In this document: one piece after another, positions 53,164 to 63,261 of the stretch
Numbering within the stretch: the stretch's first letter is position 1
Layout: every line of letters begins with the position of its first letter
Assembly: GCA_013178305.1 (NCBI GenBank)
Contig: JABLXB010000006.1
Coordinates: 25,921 to 89,920, forward strand
Source: Bacillota bacterium
GTDB lineage: Bacteria > Bacillota > Sulfobacillia > JABLXB01
Reading direction: 5' to 3'
Length of the DNA: 64,000 nucleotides
Translations under genes and position numbers: made by a program
The notes under the pieces: model-generated
Seen by the model: the letters and a program-made list of their open reading frames with translations, nothing else
The model's database searches: none
Told to the model about the DNA's origin: nothing

Positions 53164-56070
53164 ATGCAGCCGGTTTCCACTTCGTTTGTTGCCGTAGACG
53201 TTGAAACCACGGGTGTCCTGCCCGATCGTGATTCCATCATACAGGTCGGCGCCGTCCTGTTTGAAGGGGGGCGGGCGGTGGCCGAGATGAGCTCCCTCGT
53301 CAGGCCGGCCGTCCCTGTGCCTCTCAAGATACAGCGTATGACCGGCATCTCACAGGGGGCCGTCGATGCGGCGCCGGAATTCGAGGAGATATCTGCGGAG
53401 CTCGCGGGTTTCCTGGGGGACAAGCCCCTCATCGCGCACAACGCCGATTTCGACGCCGCGTTCATCACGGCGGCGATGACCCGTTGTGGCCAGAGGGCTC
53501 CGGCCAACAACCGGTACGATACTCTCGACCTCGCAAGGCTGGTCCGGCCATCGCTCAAGAGCTTCAGGCTGGAGCGCCTCGCCGCCTCGGAAGGAATCCC
53601 GGTCACGAGGGCGCACGACGCCCTCGAGGATGCCCGTACGGCGGGCCTCGTGTTCCTGTCGCTTTTCGAAAGGCTATGCGGGTTCGAACCCGCCCTGCTC
53701 GACCAGATCGCATCGTTTGCGCGACTCTCGAAGTGGGCCATATCCGATGTCCTGGATGAGGCGGTTTCGCTGTCGGTAGCCGGGAGGATGCGGGGCGACG
53801 GCCGGGCCGCAGCCGGCGGCGACCGCGGCGGTGTGGCGGCCGCCGGGGCGGCGGTGTTCCAGGAGGCGGGGGCCCGCGGCGCAATGCGCAGGAGCGAGGG
53901 GGAGTACACCCCGGTCCCGTACGATGTCGTCCGCGATGCGCTGGGAGAGGGCGGGCGCCTCCACAGAATGATGGATTCTTACGAATTCAGGCCGCAGCAG
54001 CTGCAGATGGGGTACCTGGTGGCCGAGGCGCTCAGTGACGGTAAGCACCTCCTGGCGGAGGCCGGGACGGGAATCGGCAAGTCCATCGCGTACCTGGTCC
54101 CCGCCGCCGCGTTCGCGTACGCGAACCGGACGAGGGTTGTCGTCTCGACCCACACCATAAACCTTCAGGAGCAGCTCTGGTCCAAGGACATCCCGCTCGT
54201 AAAGGACAAGCTTGGGCTCCATTTCGAACACGCCCTGCTCAAGGGCAAGTCGAACTACCTCTGCCTGAGGCGGTGGAAAGCTCTATCGCGCCGGGCGCCG
54301 GCGCTACCCGCGGACGACCTCCGGCTCCTCGCGCGCACTGCGGTATGGGTCCGCGAGACCCTCACGGGGGACAAGTCCGAGCTTGGGCTGCTCCCCGACC
54401 AGGAGCCCTTCTGGGATCTTGTCTCCTCGGACCCGGACTCGTGCGACGGGCGTGGCTGCCCCGAATGCGGGTCGTGCTTCTTCCAAAAGGCGCGGGAAGC
54501 CGCGTCGCGCGCGGATCTGATAGTCGTCAACCACTCACTCGTGTTCTCCGACCTTGCGTCGGGAAACAAAGTGCTTCCGGAGTACGCGCACATCGTCTTC
54601 GACGAGGCGCATCACCTGGAGAAGGTGGCCAGCGAGCACCTGGGCGATTCCGTGTCCACCTACGACCTGGACCGGCTTCTTGCCGTTCAGAACCGGAACG
54701 GCCTGCTCGACAGGGCGGAGCGTGTGCTGCGCGCGGAGGGGGCCGCGGGGGCGGCGGACGCCGGACTGATCGAGTCGTTTTCGACCGCGAGGGACGCGGC
54801 GCGCCGCGCGCGGAGCGACCTCCAGTCCATTCTCGACGGTGTGCGTGGATTACAGGTGGGAGGCGGGAGCGGCGGGGAAGAAGGCGAACAGTTCCCGCGG
54901 GCGGTGGGAATCACTCCTGCGCTGGCGCAAGCAGGGCTTGGCCCGTTCCTCGGGATGGCTGCCGCCCTGGCCGGCTCTCTCGACGAGGCGGCTGCGGCCG
55001 TGTCGCGCCTGTGGGGACTGACTTCCGAGTCTCGAGCGCGGGTAGCTCAATCCGGACCCCGCGCGGACGACGCGGACGACCTCGAGATCGAGCTGAAGCG
55101 CGTCGTCGCGAGACTCGGGTCTGCCGCGAGGGTAATTGGCGAGGTTTCCTCGCCGCGCGACGACGGGCTTGTCCGCTGGATCGAGGTCGACAAGGGCGAG
55201 CGCCCGCGCGTGGTGTTCAGGCTCGCCCCGGTTCATGTGGGCGAATCCCTACGTGAACCGGTTTTCGAACGACTGCGATCGGTCATAATGACTTCGGCGA
55301 CCCTGACGGTCGGCGGCAGTTTCGACTATTTCAAGCACCGGCTGGGCCTCGACGTGCAGCCCCAGGAGCGCCTCATATCCGAGTCGATCGGTTCGCCGTT
55401 CGATTACGCAAGGCAGGCGCTGGTTTACGTCCCGGCGGGCATCCCGAATCCGAGGTCCGGCGAGAACGGGTTTTGCCGCGCTATAGAGCCGCTCCTTTGC
55501 AGGCTGGCCGAGGCGTCGGGCGGAAGGATGCTGGTGCTGTTCACCTCGCACCGGATGTTGAGGGCGGTGTACCACCGTGTGAAGTCGCGGCTGGAGGCTT
55601 CGGGGATATGCCTTCTCGGCCAGGGAATCGACGGGTCGAGATCGAGGCTGCTCGAGGAATTTCGCGAGGACGGGGGCACGGTGTTGTTCGGCTCCCAGAG
55701 CTTCTGGGAGGGTATCGATGTGGTCGGCCCCGCGCTCTCCTGCGTCGTCCTCGTGAAGCTCCCGTTCTCTCCACCGAACCAGCCGCTCCTCGAGGCCAGG
55801 GCGGAGCGATTAGCCAGGGAGGGCCTGGACCCGTTCCTGCACTTGCTCGTGCCGGAGGCGGTCCTGAGGTTTAAGCAGGGGTTCGGCAGGCTCATCCGCA
55901 GTAAGACCGACAGAGGGGTCGTGGCGGTGTTTGACCGCAGGGTGCTCCCCGGCGAATCGACTTACGGAAGACGGTTCCTCGAGTCGCTGCCGGGCCCTTC
56001 GGTGGCTTCTGGCGACGAAGAGGAACTGATAGAGAAGCTGCGGGAATGGCTCCCGCAAGATGGGGTGTAG
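53164..56070 (+). CDS. dinG: DinG-type ATP-dependent helicase with N-terminal DnaQ-like 3'-5' exonuclease domain
   Basis: ATG 53164 lies 5 nt after AGGAGG. Exo motifs FVAVDVETTG, HNADFDAAF, HDALEDA. Helicase motifs AGTGIGKS, DEAHHL, and a Cys-rich Fe-S-like insert CDGRGCPECGSC. C-terminal helicase domain. Confidence 0.85.
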   Translation: MQPVSTSFVAVDVETTGVLPDRDSIIQVGAVLFEGGRAVAEMSSLVRPAVPVPLKIQRMTGISQGAVDAAPEFEEISAELAGFLGDKPLIAHNADFDAAFITAAMTRCGQRAPANNRYDTLDLARLVRPSLKSFRLERLAASEGIPVTRAHDALEDARTAGLVFLSLFERLCGFEPALLDQIASFARLSKWAISDVLDEAVSLSVAGRMRGDGRAAAGGDRGGVAAAGAAVFQEAGARGAMRRSEGEYTPVPYDVVRDALGEGGRLHRMMDSYEFRPQQLQMGYLVAEALSDGKHLLAEAGTGIGKSIAYLVPAAAFAYANRTRVVVSTHTINLQEQLWSKDIPLVKDKLGLHFEHALLKGKSNYLCLRRWKALSRRAPALPADDLRLLARTAVWVRETLTGDKSELGLLPDQEPFWDLVSSDPDSCDGRGCPECGSCFFQKAREAASRADLIVVNHSLVFSDLASGNKVLPEYAHIVFDEAHHLEKVASEHLGDSVSTYDLDRLLAVQNRNGLLDRAERVLRAEGAAGAADAGLIESFSTARDAARRARSDLQSILDGVRGLQVGGGSGGEEGEQFPRAVGITPALAQAGLGPFLGMAAALAGSLDEAAAAVSRLWGLTSESRARVAQSGPRADDADDLEIELKRVVARLGSAARVIGEVSSPRDDGLVRWIEVDKGERPRVVFRLAPVHVGESLREPVFERLRSVIMTSATLTVGGSFDYFKHRLGLDVQPQERLISESIGSPFDYARQALVYVPAGIPNPRSGENGFCRAIEPLLCRLAEASGGRMLVLFTSHRMLRAVYHRVKSRLEASGICLLGQGIDGSRSRLLEEFREDGGTVLFGSQSFWEGIDVVGPALSCVVLVKLPFSPPNQPLLEARAERLAREGLDPFLHLLVPEAVLRFKQGFGRLIRSKTDRGVVAVFDRRVLPGESTYGRRFLESLPGPSVASGDEEELIEKLREWLPQDGV

Positions 56071-56076
56071 AGTGAC

Positions 56077-56871
56077 TTGGTAATCCTCCTGACGAACGAC
56101 GACGGGGTTCACGCCGACGGTCTCCAGGCGCTGAGGGCGCAAATGGAGAAGATGCCCGGCATTGAGGTCTTTGTGGTCGCCCCGGACAAGGAGCGCAGCG
56201 CCAGCGGCCACGGGATAACGATCCACCAGCCCTTGCGGGTTGAAGAGGTCAGTATCGACGGAAGCCGCGCGAGGATATGGGCGGTTTCGGGGACGCCGGC
56301 CGACTGTACGAAAATCGGCATCAGGGCGCTCCTCCCCGGGCCGCCGTCGCTCGTGATCTCCGGAATCAACAGGGGACCGAACCTCGGCACGGACGTGTTC
56401 TATTCGGGGACGGTCGCGGCAGCTCTGGAAGCCGCCGTGTTGGGTGTCCCCGCAATCGCGATGTCTCTCAACGGGTACGAGAACCTCGACTATTCCTACG
56501 CCTCCAGAGTTGCCGCCTGTCTCGCCGGCATCATTCTGAAGCGCGGGATGACGCCGAACAGCCTCCTGAACGTGAACATCCCCGCACTCGAACCCGAGCA
56601 CATCGCGGGCATGGAAGTGACGAGGCTGGGGGTGAGGCGCTATAACGACGAGTTCGAGCGGAAGGTGGACGCCAAGGGGGATGTGTACTACTGGCTCGCC
56701 GGCGGCGTGATGGACGTGGAGAACGCCGAGGGGACCGACGTCGGCGCGATTCAACAGAACAAGGTCTCGATAACGCCCATCCACCTCGACCTCACCGCAC
56801 ACTGGGCCATGGACGAGATATGCGCCTGGGAGATCGATCTCCCCGACCGTGACGGCGGAGGTCCGGTGTAG
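56077..56871 (+). CDS. surE: 5'/3'-nucleotidase SurE
   Basis: TTG start. ILLTNDDGVHADGL, SGINRGPNLG, YSGTVAAA. Confidence 0.9.
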   Translation: MVILLTNDDGVHADGLQALRAQMEKMPGIEVFVVAPDKERSASGHGITIHQPLRVEEVSIDGSRARIWAVSGTPADCTKIGIRALLPGPPSLVISGINRGPNLGTDVFYSGTVAAALEAAVLGVPAIAMSLNGYENLDYSYASRVAACLAGIILKRGMTPNSLLNVNIPALEPEHIAGMEVTRLGVRRYNDEFERKVDAKGDVYYWLAGGVMDVENAEGTDVGAIQQNKVSITPIHLDLTAHWAMDEICAWEIDLPDRDGGGPV

Positions 56872-56949
56872 GCTGGGCCGCGCCGTCACGGTCTGAGGCG
56901 ACCCCCGCCGGAATAGACTTTAGCGACACGGACTCAGCGGGGGTGAACG

Positions 56950-57351
56950 ATGTTGAAGGTGGGTGAGGCCGCTCCGGCGCGGAATAACGTCCGGTTATCC
57001 CCGAACTCCGTCCTGGCGGGGGTGGTGATCTGTTTCTCGGTGACGCTGCTCGCGGCGGGAGTTCTCACCATCCTGCTGATGCTCACGCCGATGACTGAGA
57101 GGATGCTGCCGGCGATCGTCAACGTGGTGGGGGCTCTGAGCGTGTTCGCCGGCGGTTTTGTGTCGGGAAGGCAGAGCGGTGGAGTCGGGTGGTTCCACGG
57201 GGGTTTGTCGGGCGCCGTTTACACGCTGGCGTGTTTCGTTCTCAGCATTCTCGTTTTCCCGGAGATGCTTCCGGCAGGCTTCCTCGCAAGGAGGCTGTTG
57301 CTCGGCTTCGGGATTGGCGCGGTAGGCGGGATGGCCGGAGTCAACCTCTGA
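56950..57351 (+). CDS. Small membrane protein, TIGR04086/YrzE-like
   Basis: 133 aa, four hydrophobic helices with a Gly-rich pattern (FAGGFVSGRQSGGVGWFHGGLSG). Confidence 0.55.
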   Translation: MLKVGEAAPARNNVRLSPNSVLAGVVICFSVTLLAAGVLTILLMLTPMTERMLPAIVNVVGALSVFAGGFVSGRQSGGVGWFHGGLSGAVYTLACFVLSILVFPEMLPAGFLARRLLLGFGIGAVGGMAGVNL

Positions 57352-57420
57352 CCCCGAAGGGGGTGATGAATAGGGCAACTCCGGAGGGGGCAGAATTAGC
57401 GTGATGCCTCTCCCGGAGGG

Positions 57421-58413
57421 TTGCAGTTGGCGAACAGGGTCGCATCTATGATCGTGCTGGCTTCGGTGCTGGCGTCGTGTTTGGCTCTGGGAGCGGATCG
57501 CGCAGCGGCCGCTCCCAAATCATGCTCGAGGGGAGACGCCGGCCCTCACGTCAGGGAACTGCAAACATCACTCAAAACACTCGGCCTCCTGTCCGGCGCG
57601 GTTGACGGGGTGTTCGGCCCGGCTACCGAACGGGCCGTGCGTTCGTTTCAGGCGAGGGCGAAGGTTACCGCTGACGGGGTCGCCGGTCCGGTCACGCTGG
57701 CGGCCATCCAGGGCGAGCTACGCGCCCTGGCAAGGAGGCGTGAGGAGCAGAAGCGGCTCGACGAGAAGCGCGCGTCCCTGGAACGGCTGAGAAAACAGGT
57801 GTTGGAGGCGCGGAAGACTTTGGGACAGGCCGGGGGCGCGGCGGGCGCGATCGTCGAGGGTGAGCCAGGCAGGCAGCCGGGTTCGCGTGGCGTGATTTAC
57901 CTCACCATGGACGACGGTCCCGACCCCGCAACGACCCCGTGGGTGCTGGACTTCCTGAAGTCGAAGCGAGTCAGGGCCACGTTCTTCGTGGTTGGGGAGA
58001 AAGCGGAACGCAACGAGGCGCTCGTGAGGAGGATGGCCGCCGAAGGCCATTCGGTTCAGAACCACTCGCACACGCATGCTGAAGCCGAAATGGCCGGCTC
58101 CGCCGCGGCTGAGGACGGCATGGCCCGCTGTGCGCGGGTCATCGAACGGCTCACGGGATCGAAAAGCAAGTATTACAGGCCCCCCGGCGGTCGTACCCCC
58201 GCGGAGCTGCTGGCTGCCGCGTCCAGGCAGGGCCACACGGTCGCATTGTGGTCGAACCTGTGGGGGGACGACGCCCGGTCGGCTGTCGCGGCCGCGTTCG
58301 ATGGCGCGGTACTGATGGTCCGCGAGCAACCCGGCGTCATCGAATCCTCGTTACCCGCCATAGTGGAACGCCTGGCCGCAGATGGATACAGGTTTTCGAC
58401 GCTGGGGCCATGA
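57421..58413 (+). CDS. Peptidoglycan-binding polysaccharide deacetylase (PG_binding_1 + NodB)
   Basis: Signal peptide. PG-binding repeat GPHVRELQTSLKTLGLLSGAVDGVFGPATERAVRSFQ. NodB motifs LTMDDGPDP, HSVQNHSHTH, YYRPPGG. Start is TTG 57421 or ATG 57448. Confidence 0.85.
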   Translation: MQLANRVASMIVLASVLASCLALGADRAAAAPKSCSRGDAGPHVRELQTSLKTLGLLSGAVDGVFGPATERAVRSFQARAKVTADGVAGPVTLAAIQGELRALARRREEQKRLDEKRASLERLRKQVLEARKTLGQAGGAAGAIVEGEPGRQPGSRGVIYLTMDDGPDPATTPWVLDFLKSKRVRATFFVVGEKAERNEALVRRMAAEGHSVQNHSHTHAEAEMAGSAAAEDGMARCARVIERLTGSKSKYYRPPGGRTPAELLAAASRQGHTVALWSNLWGDDARSAVAAAFDGAVLMVREQPGVIESSLPAIVERLAADGYRFSTLGP

Positions 58414-58441
58414 AGGGCCGGTAGGGCGTAACCCGCCGGCC

Positions 58442-58966
58442 TCACTGGACCGGGGGCGATGGTGGAGACACCTGCCGTATATTGGATTTCCAGGCGCCCA
58501 CGAGCTCCTGAACCTGCATAAACGCCTGGCTCTCGAACATCGCCGCGTGCGCTTGCGACATCGAGGAGATACCTTCCTGGAGCGACTGGGCGAGACGCTC
58601 CGCTATCTTGGCCTGTTGCGTGGTCGCAAGGTCGGATAGTTGCTGGAGCGCCTGCAGAACCTGAGCATTGTTCGAACGGATCGCGTCGTCGCTGGCCACG
58701 AGGGGCGAGACCTTCTGCACGATCCCGAACATAGCGTCCAGCCGTTTAGAGGATTCGATGTAGGCGGACGCCTGCCCGAGGACGGACTGCAGCTCGCGTT
58801 CCGCCGCGAGTTGCTGCCCCCTTATCGTCGCCTGAATATCTCCGAGCGCCCTGCGCACCTCCTCGCCCGGCGTGGCTGGCGTCGATGCGTCGCCCGCGTT
58901 GACGGATTGGCCGAGTTCCTTCTCAAGACCCGTCCTGGATGTGTCGTAATTCTCCCTTTCAGGCAT
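58442..58966 (-). CDS. Hypothetical Gln/Ala-rich helical protein (174 aa)
   Basis: ATG start. Consistent GC3 bias. Predicted long helices. No family recognised. Confidence 0.5.
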   Translation of the reverse strand: MPERENYDTSRTGLEKELGQSVNAGDASTPATPGEEVRRALGDIQATIRGQQLAAERELQSVLGQASAYIESSKRLDAMFGIVQKVSPLVASDDAIRSNNAQVLQALQQLSDLATTQQAKIAERLAQSLQEGISSMSQAHAAMFESQAFMQVQELVGAWKSNIRQVSPPSPPVQ

Positions 58967-59099
58967 GTTGTCACCTCCGTACCGCCTGTCCCGCGTGCCC
59001 GCGGGGCCGCCATACCTATTCTTGCCTGCCTGTTCCCACCTCTATCCGGCGGCTCCGGAGGATTTTCGGCGCAGTACGACAAATCCCACGATCCGGCAG

Positions 59100-59393
59100 G
59101 TGATTGTGGTGACGCATTTCCTGTCGTGCGGTTTCCTGAAGGATTACCTGTCTGAGATCCATGAGGCCGCCTCCAGGCTCGATAGGTTGCTCGAGTCCTC
59201 AGGCAAGGCCGAGGGGGATGACGCGCGGCTGGCGGCCGGATTCATCGTATTGAAGTCCGGGGAGGCCCTCGAGATACTTGAGGCGATGCGATGTGAGCCG
59301 CTTGTCTGGACGGGCCCGGGCACGACAGACGAGGTTATTCGCAGGCTCGAGGAACTGCTGTCAGCGCTTGACTCGCGACAGGGCGAATACTAA
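59100..59393 (+). CDS. Hypothetical small protein (~97 aa; start uncertain)
   Basis: GC3 bias is good from ~59100 to the stop. The N-terminal part of the 142-aa track ORF overlaps the divergent promoter region and looks non-coding. No clear RBS. Confidence 0.3.
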   Translation: MIVVTHFLSCGFLKDYLSEIHEAASRLDRLLESSGKAEGDDARLAAGFIVLKSGEALEILEAMRCEPLVWTGPGTTDEVIRRLEELLSALDSRQGEY

Positions 59394-59420
59394 ACTCAAG
59401 GGGAATGGAGGTCGGAGTCC

Positions 59421-59642
59421 ATGCCCATGATGGAATTCTGCTGCACACGCTGTGAGAACACGTTCGAAACCCTCGTAAGGGCGGGCGAGGAGGCTGCCTG
59501 CCCGAAGTGTGGTTCCGCTGATCTGAAGCGGCTTATATCCCGTTTCGCGGCGAGGAGCAATTCGCCGGCCGGCGCCTCCAAGTCCATTGGCGGAAAGTCC
59601 TGCTCCTCTTGTTCGTCAGGCAGCTGTTCTTCCTGCGCCTGA
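59421..59642 (+). CDS. FmdB-family zinc-ribbon protein (CxxC_CxxC_SSSS type)
   Basis: MEFCCTRCENTFE..CPKCGS, then a Ser/Cys-rich tail SCSSCSSGSCSSCA. GGAGG RBS. Confidence 0.8.
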   Translation: MPMMEFCCTRCENTFETLVRAGEEAACPKCGSADLKRLISRFAARSNSPAGASKSIGGKSCSSCSSGSCSSCA

Positions 59643-59659
59643 CCGGCTGAATCAAACGG

Positions 59660-59697
59660 GACCGGCGGGATTCGCTCCCCGCCGGTCTTTTCTTTTC
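59660..59697 (+). terminator. Strong Rho-independent terminator after the FmdB-like gene
   Basis: GACCGGCGGG, 8-nt loop, CCCGCCGGTC, followed by TTTTCTTTTC. Confidence 0.8.
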
Positions 59698-59782
59698 GCC
59701 GCGGGACCTGCGCGGTATACCGGGCCTGCTCCCATGGAAACCATAAGCCGTGAGATTCAACGCAAGTGCGGGAGTGAATCGT

Positions 59783-60268
59783 ATGACCAGACAAAGGCGC
59801 CTGTGCGCGGCCATCCTGCTGGTCGTCGCGCTGGTCGCCGCCGCAGCCTACGCCTCGAACAGGAAAACTGCGCTGGATATTGAGCCCGTGATCGCGAGCT
59901 CCGGGGTATCGCGTGGCGGTGAGACCCTGCTTCTCGCCCGGCTGGTGCACGGTGAAGCGAACGCCGAGCCGTACGCGGGGCAGGTGGCCGTGGCGTCTGT
60001 CATATTGAACCGCGTGCAGGCGCCCGGATTTCCCAAGTCCATCCCCGACGTCGTATACGAGCCCGGGGCATTCGAGTCGGTATCCAACGGTTTGATATGG
60101 TCCGATTATCCGAGCGAAGAAAACATCGCGGCGGCGACGGCCGCGCTCAACGGGTGGGACCCGACCTACGGCGCCCTGTTCTTCTGGAATCCCTACAAGC
60201 CCGTGAACCCGTGGGTCTGGACGCGGCAGATAGTCACCCAGATCGGGCGCCACGTGTTCGCGCTCTAG
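59783..60268 (+). CDS. sleB: Spore cortex-lytic enzyme / cell-wall hydrolase SleB-type (Hydrolase_2 domain)
   Basis: ATG 59783. Signal/TM segment. LLARLVHGEANAEPYAGQVAVASVILNR, PGAFESV, ALFFWNP. Followed by ypeB. Confidence 0.8.
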   Translation: MTRQRRLCAAILLVVALVAAAAYASNRKTALDIEPVIASSGVSRGGETLLLARLVHGEANAEPYAGQVAVASVILNRVQAPGFPKSIPDVVYEPGAFESVSNGLIWSDYPSEENIAAATAALNGWDPTYGALFFWNPYKPVNPWVWTRQIVTQIGRHVFAL

Positions 60269-60283
60269 GAGGGATTGAGGGAT

Positions 60284-61648
60284 ATGACGAGATCGAGGTG
60301 GATACTGTACGCCCTTGTTGGCCTGCTGGCGCTGTCGCTACTATGGGGGGCGTCGCAAGCAAGGGCGCGGCGGCAGGTGGAACTGAGTCTTGAGGCCGAG
60401 AGGCAGCGGGCGTTCTCGAACCTTGCGGACAACGTGGCGAACGTGGAGGTGCTGCTGGGGAAAGGGCTCGTGCTGTCCTCCGCGCTGCAGAGCGCGACCG
60501 TGTTTCCGGATATCTGGTACCAGGCGAACATGGCCCTGGCCAACCTGAGCAGGCTGCCGCTACCGATAATCGAACTCCAGAAGTCCTCGCGATTCCTGAA
60601 CCAGGCCGCCGACCTTGCCTATTCGCTGGGAAAGAAGGTCGCGCGCGGGGGGACTATCTCCGACAAGGACTGGGAGATCATGAACAACCTCCGCGACCAG
60701 GCGGCCAAATTAGGGGGGCAGATCAAAGACCTCGAGATATCCTCTCTGAAGCAGGGCCTGACCTGGTCGAGCATGAGGGGCGCGGCCGCGGCCCGCGTGA
60801 CGGGCGCGAACCTGAACGTGGGTGACCGGTTCAAGGGGATCGAGAAAGAGATGGAGAGGTACCCGTCGCTCGTTTACGACGGGCCGTTCTCGGACCACAT
60901 CGAAAGGCGACAGCCCGCCGGCGTCACCGGCAATCCGATTACCGCGGACGAGGCAATCGCGAGGGCGCTCAAGTTCGCGCCTACCCCCGCGGGCGTCTCG
61001 TACGCCGCCAGGGTGAAGAACGAGGTGGCCGGGAAAATCCCCGGGTTTTCGCTGGAGGTGGTCCCGCAGGGAACGCCTGAGGCGCGGAACAGTCCGTCAT
61101 TCAACATCGACATAAGCAGGACGGGCGGCCACGTGGTCTGGATGACGTCGAGCCGCGTACCCCGCTCCGGCAACCTGCCGCTCGAACAAGCGAGGCAGAG
61201 GGCCGTCGAGTTCCTGCAGTCGCGAGGTTACGCGTCGATGGAACCGACCTACGCCGTGAAGGAGAACGGTAGTGCGTACGTGCTGTTCGCGTACAAGCAG
61301 GATGGGGTTAGGATATACAGCGACCTCATCAAGGTGCAGGTCGCACTGGACACTGGCGAGGTTACCGGGTTCGACAGCCTCGGGTATTTGATGTCCCACC
61401 GGCAGAGGACGATCCCAAAACCGCGGATCAGCGCGGAAAAGGCGAGCCAGAGGATCAGCCCAAGGCTGAAGGTGTCCCAGTGCAGGCTGGCGCTGATACC
61501 GCTCGAAAACCTGGACGAGGTGCTGGCCTACGAGTTCAGGACGAGACTCGGAGCGACGGATTACCTCGTGTACGTCAACGCGCTCACCGGCGACGAGGAG
61601 AGGATCATGCAGCTGGTACCCGCTGGTGAGGGAGAGTTGGCAATGTAG
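60284..61648 (+). CDS. ypeB: Germination protein YpeB (PepSY domains)
   Basis: ATG 60284 lies 9 nt after AGGAGGGA. N-terminal TM helix. YPSLVYDGPFSDH motif. C-terminal PepSY-like repeats. Canonical sleB-ypeB pairing. Confidence 0.8.
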   Translation: MTRSRWILYALVGLLALSLLWGASQARARRQVELSLEAERQRAFSNLADNVANVEVLLGKGLVLSSALQSATVFPDIWYQANMALANLSRLPLPIIELQKSSRFLNQAADLAYSLGKKVARGGTISDKDWEIMNNLRDQAAKLGGQIKDLEISSLKQGLTWSSMRGAAAARVTGANLNVGDRFKGIEKEMERYPSLVYDGPFSDHIERRQPAGVTGNPITADEAIARALKFAPTPAGVSYAARVKNEVAGKIPGFSLEVVPQGTPEARNSPSFNIDISRTGGHVVWMTSSRVPRSGNLPLEQARQRAVEFLQSRGYASMEPTYAVKENGSAYVLFAYKQDGVRIYSDLIKVQVALDTGEVTGFDSLGYLMSHRQRTIPKPRISAEKASQRISPRLKVSQCRLALIPLENLDEVLAYEFRTRLGATDYLVYVNALTGDEERIMQLVPAGEGELAM

Positions 61649-61677
61649 GCGTGCAGAAGGCATTTCAGGACGCCCGA

Positions 61678-61723
61678 CGGGCGGGCCCGCGCGTGGAGCC
61701 AGGGCCCGCCCGACTTGTGTTTC
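61678..61723 (+). terminator. Probable terminator after ypeB
   Basis: CGGGCGGGCCC, 13-nt loop, GGGCCCGCCCG, followed by ACTTGTGTTTC. Confidence 0.5.
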
Positions 61724-61875
61724 GGGCAAAGAGGAATGGGCTGATCCAGCGCCGAATGCAGGCGCCATCACGACCAGACGAGGAGGCATTCGCCGGCGCA
61801 GGCGAGGATATGTTCCGGTATGGCGAAGGCGGAGTTGGCCTGGCACATGAACAAGGGTAAGTGGGGTTGATCGAA

Positions 61876-62028
61876 TTGGAGAAATATGTGTGCACGCTGT
61901 GCGGATACGTGTACGACCCCGAGAAGGGCGAGCACCCGGTACCGCCGGGGACGCGTTTTGAGGACCTTCCGGACGACTGGGTATGCCCGCTGTGCGGCGC
62001 CGGAAAGGACGCGTTCGAAAAAGAGTAA
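61876..62028 (+). CDS. Rubredoxin (50 aa; below the ORF-track length cut-off)
   Basis: Hand translation: (M)[49 protein letters not shown]. Two CxxCG knuckles. Start is TTG 61876 or in-frame GTG 61861. Confidence 0.85.
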   Translation: MEKYVCTLCGYVYDPEKGEHPVPPGTRFEDLPDDWVCPLCGAGKDAFEKE

Positions 62029-62058
62029 AGTCCGAGGGACAGTCTGGGAGGAAACAAC

Positions 62059-63261
62059 GTGATGAGGATCGTGGTGGTCGGTCTGGGGGCCGCTGGGCTC
62101 GCCGCCGTGGAAGAGGCGAGGAAGACGGCCCCCGCCGCCCGCATTACAGCCATATCGAATGAGCCGCACCCCGCGTATTACCGGCCGCAGCTCTCTCACC
62201 GCCTGGTGACCGGAGCGGATCCCCAATCCCTGCTGATCAGGAAGCCCGAATGGTACGCGCAGAACCGCGTGGAACTCAGGTTGGGGACTGCCGTGATACG
62301 ACTGCTCGTAGACGAAAAGCGGGTTGAACTGGCCGGTGGTGAATCGGCGGCGTACGATGCCTGCGTTCTGGCGATGGGCAGCAGCAGCTTCCTGCCTCCT
62401 GTAAGGGGGAGGGAACTGAGGGGCGTTTTCACGCTCAGGAACATCACCGACGCGCTGGGCGTCCGCGAGACGCTGTCGAGCGCTACGAAGCCAGTCATCA
62501 TCGGCGGGGGACCCCTGGGACTGGAGGCGGCCTGGGCGATCGCCTCGGCAGGGAAGGGTGTCACGGTGCTGGAACGCGGCGACCGCCTTCTGAAACGGCA
62601 GATTGACGAAGAGGGCTCTCGATTCCTGCACGACCTGCTCGGGAGGGCGGGGATAAGCGTGGTCTACGGCGCGGATACCGGGGAGATTACCGGCGCGGGC
62701 AGGGTGGAGGGTGTCAGTCTCAAGGACTCGCGGGTGATCGAGGCGGACTTCGTGCTGTTCTCGGCCGGCGTCAGACCGAACACCGCCGTAGCGAAGGCGG
62801 CGGGGCTGCAGGTCCAGGGGGGCGTAGTGGTCGACGACAGGATGCGCACGAGCGCCGGTTCGGTCTATGCCGCGGGAGACGTGGCGGAATGGGATGGGCG
62901 CGTGGCCGGCGTCATGCCTGTGGCTGTCGCTCAGGGGAAAGTCGCCGGCGCCAACGCCGCGGGTGGCGATATCACGTACGTCGAGCCGGAATTGAGCGTG
63001 GTGATCAACATCCTGGGATTCTCGATCGCGTCCGTGGGCGAGGTCGGTGGAGGGGATTTCGCGCTCGGTGATCCGCCCGCGAAGGACGAGTACCTCAAGG
63101 TGTTCTTCAAGGGTGAAACGCCGGTCGGAGCGGTCTCTATCGGCGAGGCCAGGAGAGTCTCCGCCCTCAGGCAGATTGTAGCCAGGGGAGCGGGTGTCAC
63201 CGGGGCGCGGCAACTGAATTCTGCATCGGAGATGCTCAGGATATGGAGTTCGTCGAAGTAG
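62059..63261 (+). CDS. FAD-dependent pyridine-nucleotide-disulfide-family oxidoreductase, NADH:rubredoxin oxidoreductase-like
   Basis: GGGAGGA RBS. Dinucleotide motifs IVVVGLGAAGLAA and VIIGGGPLGLEAA, AAGDVA. Adjacent to rubredoxin. Confidence 0.8.
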   Translation: MMRIVVVGLGAAGLAAVEEARKTAPAARITAISNEPHPAYYRPQLSHRLVTGADPQSLLIRKPEWYAQNRVELRLGTAVIRLLVDEKRVELAGGESAAYDACVLAMGSSSFLPPVRGRELRGVFTLRNITDALGVRETLSSATKPVIIGGGPLGLEAAWAIASAGKGVTVLERGDRLLKRQIDEEGSRFLHDLLGRAGISVVYGADTGEITGAGRVEGVSLKDSRVIEADFVLFSAGVRPNTAVAKAAGLQVQGGVVVDDRMRTSAGSVYAAGDVAEWDGRVAGVMPVAVAQGKVAGANAAGGDITYVEPELSVVINILGFSIASVGEVGGGDFALGDPPAKDEYLKVFFKGETPVGAVSIGEARRVSALRQIVARGAGVTGARQLNSASEMLRIWSSSK

